Source: Protoeuglena noctilucae | Taxonomy: Eukaryota | Direction: 5' to 3' | Assembly (NCBI GenBank): GCA_958009085.1 | Contig: OY253672.1 | Location: forward strand, 1,302,001 to 1,366,000 | DNA: 64,000 nt | Shown: piece by piece, positions 11,996 to 27,749 of the stretch | How positions within the stretch are numbered: the first letter of the stretch is position 1 | Layout of the letters: every line of letters starts with the position of its first letter | Translations under genes and position numbers: made by a program | Notes under the pieces: model-generated | What the model was told of the DNA's origin: nothing | Database searches by the model: none | The model's input: only the letters and a program-made list of their open reading frames with translations

Positions 11996-14993
11996 TCACT
12001 GCAGGTCCGCGTCTTGGGTGTCAATGATCACCGGATCCGTCTTCTTCCAGTAGGCGAACGAGTTGAACTCGCTAATCTCTGCGTCCTCTTGCCTGCAAGC
12101 ACGTGTGAAGCGGCACGCGTCAGATCCTGCGATCCCTCAAATGCCCTTTGGTCCACACGTCCGTGCAAAGGAGGACAGTCAGCCCGCCAGTCCCTCACCC
12201 CCCGGCTTGTCCCGACCCGCCCGTGCCCGGCCCCGCCGCCTCGTCTGCCTCATCCACCAGCTGCTGCCAGATGTCGCCTCCCTCCGCCCTCTGGCCCCCG
12301 GGGCTGCGCACCCGCGCCGCCACGCCAGACCGCTCCACATCCACGTCCATCCCCTGCCCCGCCGAGCTCGACGCCACATCGCCTGCCCCCGTCGCCCCCG
12401 AACCGACGCCCCCCGGGCCCCAGCGGTGCGTCTGGGACAGCTCCCGCAGCTCCACGCCATCCCTTGACTTGTCCCCCTCTTCCTCCTCGTCCATCAGCTT
12501 CACCTCGTCCTTGTCCCCGCGAGCCTCCGTCACGTCACTGGGCCACATGGCCGTGAACGTGTCCTGACCACCACTGCGGCGCAGAAGGGTACCAGCAACC
12601 CCACAATCAGCGCCACATGTCCGTCGCATTCGAACGTGCCCAGCGCACGCAAGATAGCATAGCACGCGCCGCGTGCCACGCGCCCACCTGCTGATGAACT
12701 GGTCGTCGAACGCGTACTGCGCAGACCGGAACGTGGCGGAAGGCCCGCCGTCCTCGTCCTCGTCGCTCGAGCTGTCGTCGTCCGCCCCGTACCTCCCCGC
12801 TAAGTCCGGCAGCTTGCCCTCCCCTGTGAGCTGTGCCGGCTCCGTGTCGGGAGGCGAGTCGGGCCCCGGCCGCCCGCACCTCCACGCATGCACGTCCTCC
12901 CGGTGCCGCTGCTCCTCCATGCGCCCGTCCATGAAGATGCCCCACGCGGACGACGCCTGGCACGCGTCGCGCAAGTAGTCGCTGGTCCCGCACCGCACCG
13001 CCACCGCCGTGGCCATCTGCGCCACGTGGCCCATGTACCCCACCCGGAAGGAGAAGCGCGACGCGCGGCCCTCGGGCTGCGGCGGGTCCCACCGCTCCGA
13101 CAGCGCCGGCAGCCACTCCAGGAGCCGGCACTCCTCCACAAGATGCGCCAGGAACGCCGCGTCGCCCTGCTCGAGCCCCGCACGCACCAAGGACAGCACC
13201 TCGTTGTGCAGGAGATTGTTCACCGGGGCGCGCTCGAACAGCCGGAAGAGGCGCGGGATGGCGCGGCTCTCGGCCACGGCGCGCCGCACGTCGTCCGTGC
13301 CCCGCTGCACCAGCGCGGCAAACAGGGACGCGACGCGGATGCGGTACAGACCCACAGGCTCGGCCAGCAGCCCCCACGGCTGGCCCATCCCCGCGGAGGA
13401 CGCCTCGGCGTCCAGCAGCTCCGCCAGGGTCCCCAGCCGTGGCGACAGGTAGTCTGCCGTGGCGGCGGTCACCTCGGGGCACCCCTCGTCGCCCTGCCCG
13501 TCGCCCCGGCGCGTGGGGCCCGGCAGGAGGCCGTACACCTCGGGCGGGTGGGGGTCGAAGAGGGCGAGGAGGACGCGGACGACGGAGGGCATGAGGGAGT
13601 GCGGGCTGGCAGTGCCCTGGGACACGAGGACCTCAAGGCAGTCGGGCTGGGCCAGCCGCGTGGCGAGCGGGGAGGGCTGCGCAAGGGCGATCTGCGACAG
13701 CACGTCGACGGCGTTGGCACAGGCCGCGGGGGGCCCCTCGGCCTGCAGCAGGGCCAGGAGCGACTCCAGGAGACCGCTGTCGTGGGCGAGCCACTTGCGG
13801 AAGTCCACGGTTGGGAAGACGACGGCGTCGTCGCCGCCCGCGATCTGCACGATCAGGTCCGCAATGCTGTTGGACTCAATGTGCCGCAGGAGGCCGTCCA
13901 GCACCGCCGGGTGCAGGCGCACGTACTCGAGCGCCAAACCGCCCTTGGCGCCGAGGAGCGCGGCGGCCGCCCGGCCGAAGTACCCCGCCTGGGTCGGATC
14001 CAGAGGAGGTTCCTGGTCGAGGAAACCCCAGAGCAGCCCCATCAGGTCGGCACTGGAAGCCAGGGTGCTCAGGACGCCGTCCAGGGCACACGACAGGACC
14101 TCGCAGGCGGCCAGGGGGTACTTGATCTTGCGCTTGATGGCCTCGGGGCTATCGCTGCCGTCCTCATCTGCAAGCGGGTCGGACAGCGGCGCTCGAAACG
14201 CGCGCGCTGCGGGTTGGCGGCAAGGCCCCAGGCGGCCATGCGCGCACGGACCTGAGCTGGAGCTGCCGGCATCCAAGCTCGGCGGCTTGCCGACCACGTA
14301 GCTAACGAGCTTGTGGACCGTGGACTCCTTTTCCAAAAAGTCGATGAGCTGCGACGGCCGAGCGAGGGGACGTCAGCAGCACGCCGACGGGGCCCCCCGA
14401 GCCGCGCACAGCACCTCCCGCCAAGGCGCGCGGTGCCGCCCGTTGCGACCACGTCAAGATTGTCGGGGCGATAGCGGGCGGACTCGCCTTGGGGAACTGC
14501 GACTTGCATTCCTGTATCAAGTCGTCCTCGTCCAGCAGCTGCTCCAACGTGAAGCTCTTGCTTTCGAGGATCGTCTGCGCGCGGCAAAAGCTCGAGATGG
14601 TCTCGCTCTCCACCCGCACCGCGCCGGATGGGCGCGCGCGCTCTCGCCGCGGGCGCGGCGCGTCCCATCAGGTGCACGGGTGCGCTGCCCAGGACAGGGC
14701 CCCCCGGGGCGACAGCAGCGGCCCGCGCTCGCAGGGCCCCGCCCCAGCAACGTCCTCTACTGCTTGCGCACCCAAAAGTCCCGCGCAGGGCCGTGCCGGG
14801 TGCCCGGACGGGGCCCGCGCTGCTGTCGGACACTTGGGGGGCCGACGGAAGGAGGCCCGCTCCGCACAATTACTCACGAGGGCGCTGTCACTCTGCGACC
14901 ACCGCGGCATCGCGCGGGCAGGGATCCGGGTGGCGCAGGTCGCCTCACCTGGACGTTCGATTGGGTCCCGTAACCCCCCACCGACCAAAACAT
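11996..14993 (-). CDS. SIT4-associated (SAPS domain) PP6 regulatory subunit
   Basis: N-terminus MFWSVG..TLEQLLDEDDLIQECK, then KYPLAACEVLSC, GYFGR, NNLLHNEV, RVGYMGHV, an acidic linker and a C-terminal EFNSFAYW. Confidence 0.9.
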
Positions 14994-15319
14994 GGTTGCA
15001 ACTCTTCACGCGAACGAGCGAAGGGGGCGACCGGCCCTCAAAGTCCCGGCTACCGAACGATCTCAGCGCGTGCGGCGGACTCCCCGCATGATTCCCTTCG
15101 CGCCCGATGCTACCGCTGAAGTCTTCACTGAAGCGACCAGCCGCGCGCCCAGGGGAGTTCTGCGAGCGCGAGGGGGTCCGCGCGCCCTCTGACACCGGCA
15201 CCTCTGACGCGGTCTCGCGTTCGCTGAGGGCAGGGAGAAGCTCGCCGGAGCGCCCAGGACTGCAGACACGGCGCGTGGTGAACCGTCGGCTGCGCCATTC
15301 CAAGCGCGCGTGGGGAGGC

Positions 15320-17611
15320 ATGTCTGTTGCGCGGCCCCAGGCCCTCCCGGCGGGCCGCAGGCCGGCCGTGACCGCCACGTCGAGGGCGGGTCGCTTCTCG
15401 GGGGTCTGCTGCAAAGGTGAGGCCGGGCGCAACGCGATCTCGCACCCTCGCGTCCCCTGAGGCAGCGGGCAAAGCTGGGGGATATCTTGCGGCCCCTGGT
15501 TGCCCCGGCCGTCGGGGGGCGGGCGGCCTCAACTGGCATCCGCGTCGTTGATGGCGACAAGCAGCAGTTACGGGCTTGAGAACGCCGAGCGCAAGGGTGT
15601 TCGAGGGCGATCGGGCAGCCCTTGCGAGCTGGTCCCCGTGCATCCCGGCGCTCGCAGCGACCTCGGCCGAGGAGATGCTTTTGCGCGCATCCAGCAAGGC
15701 GCAGCAGCCGGACTTCGACGCGCGGGCCTTCCGGCGTCAGCTGAACAAGACGGGGCGCTACGTCCGGCAGCCCCGGGTGGGTCTCTGCCACCGCGCGTGA
15801 ATCTTCCTGCCTCCCTCCGGCTCGTCTGCGCGAACCCCGCGCCCCGCTCTGTCCGCAGAACGACAAGGACTCGCAGGACAAGATGGACTCGGACGGCGTC
15901 GGGTACTCGTACACGGGTGCGTGGCGTGGGGCTCGCACCGGCCGGGGCCCTCGTACCGGCCATTGCGCGAGGTCCTGCTTGATTCGTGCCTCGCAGGCCT
16001 CGTGGCTCGGATGCGCATGAACGGCAACACGTTCACCCACGCGGGCGTCACGGTTCGGCTGGCGGAGGCCTACGGGTTCTGCTGGGGTGTGGAGCGTGCG
16101 GTGCGGATGGCCTACGAGGCCCGCGCGGCCTATCCCGACCGCAAGATCTGGGTGACCAACGAGATCATCCACAACCCGACCGTGAACCTGAAGCTCAAGG
16201 AGATGGACATCGGCTTCATCGATGCGCCCAAGGACGTGAGCTGCTGCTGCCCCGGGCTGTCTGCGCTCGCGGAGAGCCCTGCCGCGAGACGCAACCGCGG
16301 AGGGGCTGGCAATGCCAGGAACTTTGAGACGGCGCCTGGGCCCGCAGGTGAAGGACTTTACGGTGGTGGGCGACGGGGATGTGGTGGTGCTGCCGGCGTT
16401 TGGGGCGTCCGTGCAGGAGATGCTGCTGCTGCAGGAGAAGGGCGTGCAGATCGTCGACACGACGTGCCCGTGGGTGGCCAAGGTGTGGAACGCCGTCGAC
16501 AACCAGGCGCGCAAGCAGCACACGTCGGTCATCCACGGCAAGTGGGCGCACGAGGAGACGGTCGCGACGACCTCGTTTGCGGGCAAGGTGACGGGCGCGT
16601 CGACGGAAGCCGCGCCTGCAGGGGTGTTGCAGGGCGCGGGTTGGCCCGGGCCCCTTTCGCGAACCCCCTCGCAATTGCGCGTTGCTTGCTCGCAGTACGT
16701 GGTGGTCAAGGACCTGAAGGAGGCCCAGTACGTGTGCGACTACATCCTCAAGGGCGGCGACAAGCAGGAATTCCTGAGCAAGTTTAAGAACGCCATGTCG
16801 GCGGGGTTCGACCCCGACGTGGACCTTGAGCGCATCGGCCTGGCCAACCAGACGACGATGCTCAAGGGGGAGACGCAGACGATCGGCAAGCTTTTGGAGA
16901 AGACTATGATGACCAAGTACGGCCCCGCTAAGGTGCGCGGGCCAGCGGGTACTGGGTACTCTCTGGGGTGGAGCGCGGGGTGCCGCGCGGTGTGTCGACA
17001 AACTACCACCAAGGGTTCTCCCCGCAGCTCAACGAGCACTACATGGTGGTGGACACGATCTGCGACGCGACGCAGGAGCGGCAGGACGCCGTGTACCAGA
17101 TGATGGACGACCTCACGGGGGCGGACGAGTGGAAGAAGGTCGACATGATGCTCGTGGTGGGCGGGTTCAACTCGTCCAACACCTCGCACCTCCAGGAGAT
17201 CCCCGAGGTCCGCAACGTGCCTTCCTTCTGGGTGGACACGGCCTCCCGCATCGACCCGGCCACCAACACCATCGAGCACCGCACCTTCAAGGGCGAGATG
17301 AAGGTCACCAAGGACTGGCTGAAGAAGGACGGGCCCATCCGCATCGGCATCACGTCGGGGGCGTCCACTCCTGGTGCGTCTGGCTTCCTTGGAGCGCGTT
17401 GCGGTGCACGGTCGATGGCGCTTGCGCTTGCGAAGGTGTTTGCACGCCACCGACCCTCCTCGCGCCCTCCTGCGCCCCAGACCGGGCGATCGAGGATGTC
17501 CTGGACATGGTGTTCCTGACGCGCGACCCGGAGTACCGCGGGATCGATCCCCTGGAGAAGTCGGCGTCCGCGGGCGTCAAGTACCACGAGCTGAGCGAGA
17601 ACGAGGTCTGA
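15320..17611 (+). CDS. ispH: 4-hydroxy-3-methylbut-2-enyl diphosphate reductase (HDR/LytB, MEP pathway), plastid-targeted
   Basis: Motifs [57 protein letters not shown] and [10 protein letters not shown] transit-peptide exon lies at 15320-15416. Confidence 0.96.
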
Positions 17612-17687
17612 TTGCTCCCGCTTAGGCCCAGGGACGCGCGCGGGGCGCGCACGACGCCGCCATTCCAGCGCTGCCGCTTGAAGCGCG

Positions 17688-17707
17688 CGAATTGTCTAGA
17701 ATGTTTC
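17688..17707. promoter_or_regulatory. Putative heat-shock element upstream of HSP70
   Basis: cGAAt-tGTCt-aGAAt-gTTTc forms four alternating nGAAn/nTTCn pentamers (two perfect, two with one mismatch) about 180 bp upstream of the HSP70 ATG. Confidence 0.5.
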
Positions 17708-17881
17708 TGGCACGTGTCAGAATCGGAAGCATCCCGAACCGTCACGGCGCTCAAGTGGCGCGGCGGGGCGCCCGTCGCCCCAGAATCGCGACTCATCCGC
17801 CTTCGCAAGCTTCCATCGCAAGCGCACAGCGTATTGGTTTGGAGATCCCGTCGGGAGGGGGCAGAGAGGCAACTGGGCACG

Positions 17882-20800
17882 ATGCCGACGCGGGCCATTG
17901 GCATCGACCTCGGCACGACCTACTCGTGCGTGGGTGTGTGGCAGAATGACCGCGTGGAGATCATCTCCAACGACATGGGCAACCGGTGAGCGGGGTGCGG
18001 TGGGGGCAGCCTCGGCGCTCGATCTCTGCGCCTCGCTGAGCGCGCCCGCGACTCCTCTCGCCGCCCCTCGCGTGCAGGACGACCCCGTCGTACGTGGCCT
18101 TCACGGAGACCGAGCGCCTGATCGGTGATGGTGAGCTGGGGAGCCGCAGGAATTTCGAGAGCCCCGAGACGCGGGGAGGCCACCCCGCGTCGTCGCGCGT
18201 TATCCTTAGGCTTTTTCACGCTCGCGATCTCGCCTGGAGATCGCGGGAGCCCTGCCGGGACGCTGGGGGCGCAGCGCTCGCGAGCTTCCAGACGGGCTTC
18301 TGGAGGCGGGGGATGGGGGGGCGCGGGGCCCTTCCCGGGGTCGCTGCGCCTCCGTTCCGTCTCTGTTGTTTCGAAGTAGGCGCTCTGCGCGGCTCGCGGC
18401 CCGCTCTGCTGGCGCGACGGGCCGGTGTCTTTTCTTGGCAGCCGCCTCGAGTCCCGGCACCGCCCGCCCGGCCGCTCCCGGCGATCCTGCGCGCCCGCTG
18501 CGCTCGTGTTTTGTCCCGCCGTCGCACCCGGTGCCTCGGGCCCGGCGGTTTGCGTGCCCGGTTGTCATGCCTGGCCCAGCGTGCCCCGCCTCACGCCTGC
18601 TGCCCTCCCCCGCCCTCAGCGGCCAAGAACCAGGTGGCGATGAACCCGGCCAACACCGTGTTCGACGCGAAGCGCCTCATCGGCCGCAAGTTCGGCGAGT
18701 CGGCGGTGCAGAGCGACATGAAGCACTGGCCGTTCAAGGTGCTGTCGGGCCCGGCCGAGAAGCCGCTCATCCAGGTCGAGTACAAGGGCGAGACCAAGAC
18801 TTTCGCGCCCGAGGAGATTTCGGCCATGGTGCTGACCAAGATGAAGGACATCGCCGAGAACTTCCTGGGCGGCGCGGTCAAGGACGCGGTGGTGACGGTG
18901 CCGGCCTACTTCAACGACTCGCAGCGCCAGGCGACCAAGGACGCCGGCGCGATCGCGGGCCTGAACGTGCTCCGCATCATCAACGAGCCCACCGCCGCCG
19001 CCATCGCTTACGGCCTCGACAAGAAGGACCAGGTGCGTGGCGCAGTGGCACAGCGGGGGCGGCATGCGGTCTGTTGCAGCCCACCGCGTCCTCATCCGAT
19101 GCGGTGTCCGTCGCGCGCAGAACGTGGGCGAGCGCAACGTGCTCATCTTCGACCTTGGCGGCGGCACGTTCGATGTGTCGCTCCTGACGATCGAGGAGGG
19201 CATCTTCGAGGTGAAGGCGACGGCCGGTGACACGCACCTGGGCGGGGAGGACTTCGACAACCGCATGGTGGACCACTTCGTCGAGGAGTTCAAGCGCAAG
19301 CACAAGAAGGACCTGTCGACCAACGGCCGCGCCCTCCGCCGCCTGCGGACGTCGTGCGAGCGCGCCAAGCGCACGCTGTCGTCCTCGACCCAGGCCAGCA
19401 TCGAGCTCGACTCGCTCTTCGAGGGCATCGACTTCTTCACGAGCATCTCGCGCGCTCGCTTCGAGGTGAGCGACAACTGGGCGGCATCATTTGACCAGCA
19501 TGGGCTTGCGGGGCTGTGGGTCGGACGCGGCCCAGTCGTGACAAGCGCCGCCGCTCTCCTCGGCAATGCAAGGCAACGCAGCGCGGCTTGCGGTCGCAAA
19601 CGGTCTCGCTCTGCACCCCGCCCGCAGGAGCTGAACATGGACCTGTTCCGCAAGTGCATGGACCCCGTGGACAAGGTGCTGCGTGACGCCAAGATGGACA
19701 AGAACCAGATCCACGACGTGGTGCTGGTGGGCGGGTCGACGCGCATCCCGAAGGTGCAGCAGCTGCTCCAGGACTACTTCAACGGGAAGGAGCTCTGCAA
19801 GAGCATCAACCCCGACGAGGCCGTGGCGTACGGCGCGGCCGTGCAGGCGGCCATCCTGACGGGCGAGACGAGCGAAAAGGTGCAGGACCTCCTGCTGCTC
19901 GACGTGACGCCCCTGTCGCTCGGCCTGGAGACGGCTGGCGGCGTCATGACGACGCTCATCCCCCGCAACACCACCATCCCCACCAAGAAGGAGCAGGTCT
20001 TCTCCACCTACAGCGACAACCAGGCGAGTATAGGAGCTGGTAGATTAACGCAGCGGCTGTGGTGCGTGGCTGTGGCGCTTCGACAGGGATGCGTCGGTAG
20101 CGGTTGCCTCACAGCGCGACCCGCCTCCTGTGGTGTCCCGCAGACGGCTGTGCTGATCCAGGTGTTCGAGGGCGAGCGCTCCCGCACCAAGGACAACCAC
20201 CTGCTGGGCAAGTTCGAGCTGACGGGCATCCCACCCGCGCCCCGCGGCGTGCCCCAGATCACGGTGGCGTTCGACATTGACGCCAACGGCATCCTCAACG
20301 TGTCGGCGGAGGACAAGACGACGGGCCAGAAGAACAAGATCACGATCACCAACGACAAGGGCCGCCTGAGCAAGGACGACATCGAGCGCATGGTGCAGGT
20401 GCGCTGTCGCTGGGGGTGCAGCCATGCGATGGGCCTGGCTGGTGGTGCCAGGGCAGTTTGTAGCAGTCGAACTGTCGTGGCAGTTTACAGCAGCTCGAGT
20501 CGCGCCTGTCCTCCGTGCGCTTCACTTCACGCCTGTCGCTCTTTGCGCCTTACATCACGCTTGTCCCCCCACGCCCCTCACGCAGGAGGCCGAGAAGTAC
20601 AAGGCCGAGGACGAGAGCCACAAGGACAAGATCGAGGCGAAGAACACGCTCGAGAACTACGCCTACTCGATGCGCAACACGGTCCAGGACGAGAAGGTGG
20701 CCTCGGCGCTGTCGGCGGAGGACAAGAAGACCATCGAGGACGCCGTGAAGAAGACGGTCGAGTGGATCGACGCCAACCAGCTCGCGGAGAAGGAGGAGTT

Positions 20801-21099
20801 CGAGCACAAGGTGCGTGGGGCGCAGAGGGCGGGAGTTGTGATGATGATGATGATTTACAGAGGGGCGCGTGGGTGGGCGGAGTGCATGGGGTGTGGCGGC
20901 TGTGCGCTGGTCGGTGCTCAAGGGCATCGTTCTGTTGTCCTCGCCGCAGATGAAGGAGCTCGAGGGTGTGTGCAACCCCATCATCACCAAGATGTACCAG
21001 GGGGCGGGTGGCATGCCTGGCGGCATGCCCACGGGGGCCGCGCCGGGGGAGGGGCCCGCGTCGAGCGGCCCGGGGCCCAAGATCGAGGAGGTCGACTAA
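17882..21099 (+). CDS. HSP70: Cytosolic HSP70 chaperone, 8 exons
   Basis: Motifs [38 protein letters not shown] and [12 protein letters not shown]. The C-terminus is GPKIEEVD*. Confidence 0.98.
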
Positions 21100-21377
21100 G
21101 CCAAGCGCCTCTCAGCCTGTCTTGTCGGGGGGTGGCGACCCGGCCCCGCCGGGCGCCCGCTGTGTTGTCACGTGGGTGGGTGGGCTGGCCGTCGGCGGCA
21201 GCTTGACGCGCCCCCGCCCTCGGCCGCGCATCGGCAGCTCCCGATGCCCGGCCTGTATCGTCTAGCAACCAACTGTCGTGTTGAAAAACTCATCTATGAC
21301 GCCAGCGACACCCTAGACCAGTCTGGGCTGTTGCTCAGAGCCACTGAGCCAAGGCGCCTTGGGTAGCAGGGAGGTGT

Positions 21378-25147
<3,770 letters not shown>

Positions 25148-25647
25148 GCCGCACGACGCGCCCCAAAGTGCGCGGGGTCACGCAACAGGCACCCCCGCGC
25201 TCTCCCGTGCGACTGGACCCCGGCGCGCCGCGGATGATCCGTGAGATTGACGCCCGCAACTATGGAAGTACGATACACCGCCGAGACTGCGTGTGCACGA
25301 ATCCAATGCCTGTGCGCACTGGCCCCGGCTTCCCTGATGTGACCGGGAGTGCCAGGTACGTGATTCTGACCAGCGCAAGCGAGAAAGCGGGCACCCTTCA
25401 TCGGATGCGGGCAGTCCCCGACAGTGCCCTGCGCCGGACGTCGGTCAGAGAGACTCTCGAGCGTCCCTCTCGCTCAGTGACCGGGGCATTGCGATGTGAT
25501 GCTCATCTGCGCATTGCACGGCTTCAGGTAGTCCAACGCGATACCTCTTCTGGTCGCTGCTTCGACGTGACACTTGAGAACACCCTCCATTCCGATCCAA
25601 GGCCTCATCAAGCCAAGCCACGCGACAGCAGACAAGGTTAGAGTGGC

Positions 25648-26214
25648 ATGGAGCCTGTGCTGGCCCAGGAACGACAGGATTTCGGGCAGGATGCGATTTC
25701 TGCTCTCCCGAGCCCCTGCAGCGGCATGGGCCCGACCGAGGACGGTTCCTCCGCGCGGTATGCGTACGTGGAGTTTGACACGGCTCTCCCGAAGCCATCT
25801 ATCCACGCAAACACCCACTACACGTTGTCTGGTGCGTCATGAGCCCTTGTGCTGGCGTTCGCTGGGCCTTGTGGAGTTGGAGGGGTCACTGGGACTCAAT
25901 CGTGCACCTTCATGCATCCATTTGCAGGACTGGACACGGATGCGCCTAGGATTGCCTTCGCGGATGGGTCGGTGTACGAGGGGTCATGGGAGGAGACGGT
26001 AGGCACCTTCATCGCGTTCGGGGGTGCGAGGGAGAGTGGGGCGGTGGCGGGGGGTGCGACGGGCCAGTCGAGTGGGCCACAAGGGGACCCCACGTGGGCA
26101 GCACACACGGAGCGTGTCCTGCGCATGCACACGCTCGTCAAGCCGGCCAACGGCACTACGCAAGGGGCCAGGGTCGCTGCAGAACATGGACCTGGACATG
26201 GCCAGCCCCCTTAA
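25648..26214 (+). CDS. TFIIIC subunit 6 (triple-barrel domain)-like protein, 2 exons
   Basis: YAYVEF..YTLS|GLDTDAPRIAFADGSVYEGSWEETVGTFIAF matches my recollection of the TFIIIC_sub6 pattern GLDT.P......F.G.Y....GT..F. Confidence 0.7.
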
Positions 26215-26249
26215 AAACGCCGTTTGCGATTTGAATTCGAGCCAGCTCG

Positions 26250-27444
26250 CTAGGGGCGCGGGATTCCCAGCAGCCACCGGTGGAAGACTGCATGCCCTCG
26301 GTTGTGTGAGACGATGAACAGGGGGAGTCCGTTGCACTGCGCGTGGAGCCTATTGACCAAGTCGGCGTGCGGAGGCCAGGGAGGCTCGCCGCCCCTCCCT
26401 TGGTCTGTGTTGGAAACACTGCCCACCGCCCCGGCACCCTCGGACGCGCCCAGAGGCACCCGACCGCCCCACACCGCCGCCCGGAAGGCAGCCGTCGCGC
26501 CGTTCCCCTCCTGCTGCTTCTTGTGGGACAGCGGCTTCCCCACGGACTTGTCGTACGCCTCGTACGCTAGCCCGCCCTCTGCGGCCCAGAAGAGCGCCCC
26601 CGCCGGGCCCACCAGTGGCCCTGGTGCCTCCGCGCCCGCACTCCGCGAGGGCCCCGGCGCGTCGCCCTCCCCGTCCGCCCGGCGCTTCCGCGTTCCACTC
26701 GCGCCAGCCCCCGCCGCGTCCACCGGGGCGCCTCCCACCCCTTCCGCGCTGCACTTCCACAGTCCCCCCGGGTCCCCGCCTTTGGGCAGGGTCCATGGCG
26801 ACCGCCAGCGCCTGACAAGAAAGCCCTTGCGCGTGAGGTTGGCGAAGACCGCGTAGTGGTCCCGAGACACCTCGGCCTGCATCACCCGTGCGTGCACTTC
26901 TTGCAAAGACAGGGGGCGGTAGCTGCCATGGTCGTTCGCCTCATCGCTCCTGGCCAGCAGGACAAGGTAGGCTGCGGGCAGAGTGGGCATTGGTGTTGGA
27001 TTGGTCGTGATGGCCTGCGAATGGGCCCTGGCAGGCCACGCCTGCATAACCTGAGAGGTGACTCACCGTCTTCGCACATGAGAAGGACTTCCTCGGCAAA
27101 CAGCCACAGCTTGGGGCCCTGCTGCACCCCTGCGCATCGGGGTCGCGGGAATCGCCTCAGCCGTGTCGCTCAGCGCAGGCAGCTCAGCACGTCTCCGAGA
27201 GCGTGCTGGGCCCCAGCAAGGCTCACCCATCCCATCCATCGCCTTGCCCCTCTTCTTGACAACCTCAGCCAACCGCAACTCGTCGCGCCATATCGCCACG
27301 CAGGGCTTGAACAAAGCCACGGCCGAGGTGGAAGGGCCGTCCTGCGAAAAGACGGGACGATTGGGGCGAAGTAGAGGGGCTCGTGACAGAGTTGCTAACT
27401 AGCTACGGCGACGCACTGCGCGCAGTCGCTACCTCGTCCGCCAT
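26250..27444 (-). CDS. SEN54: tRNA-splicing endonuclease subunit Sen54-like
   Basis: AIW..LAEVVKKRGKAMDGMG..KLWLFAEEVLLMCE.G..LSLQEVH..HYAVFANLTRKGFLVRR follows the Sen54 N-terminal domain pattern. Confidence 0.8.
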
Positions 27445-27749
27445 GCGGAGGCCCAGGCGAACGACCCCGCGAAGTCTCAACGCCGGTTCCCTGGCTCACT
27501 CCTCGCCCTGCTGACCCCGCCTAGGGCACGCAGCGGCAGGGACAGCCACGAATGGCCACGGCTGCGGCGGGAAAGCATCCAAGTAGCCATGCCCGCTGTT
27601 TCTGGCGCGAGTGCGGCAGAAAAAGGGGGCGGCGGATGGGAGCGATCATGTTTCCGATGAACATGTCGCGTTCGTTTCGGCGCTAATTGTGCCCTGGCGC
27701 CGCAACCCGTGGCCGTCCGCCCCCGTGACCCACGTGAGGAGAATGCGCG

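Noticed and set aside
18616..19746. Long antisense ORF over HSP70
   Set aside because: Antisense open frames are a well-known by-product of GC-biased HSP70 coding sequence, and this one is not maintained coherently across the introns.
25230..25375. Possible C/D box snoRNA in the NSF/TFIIIC gap
   Set aside because: There is only a partial C box (ATGATC), a distant CTGA and no convincing terminal stem or guide.
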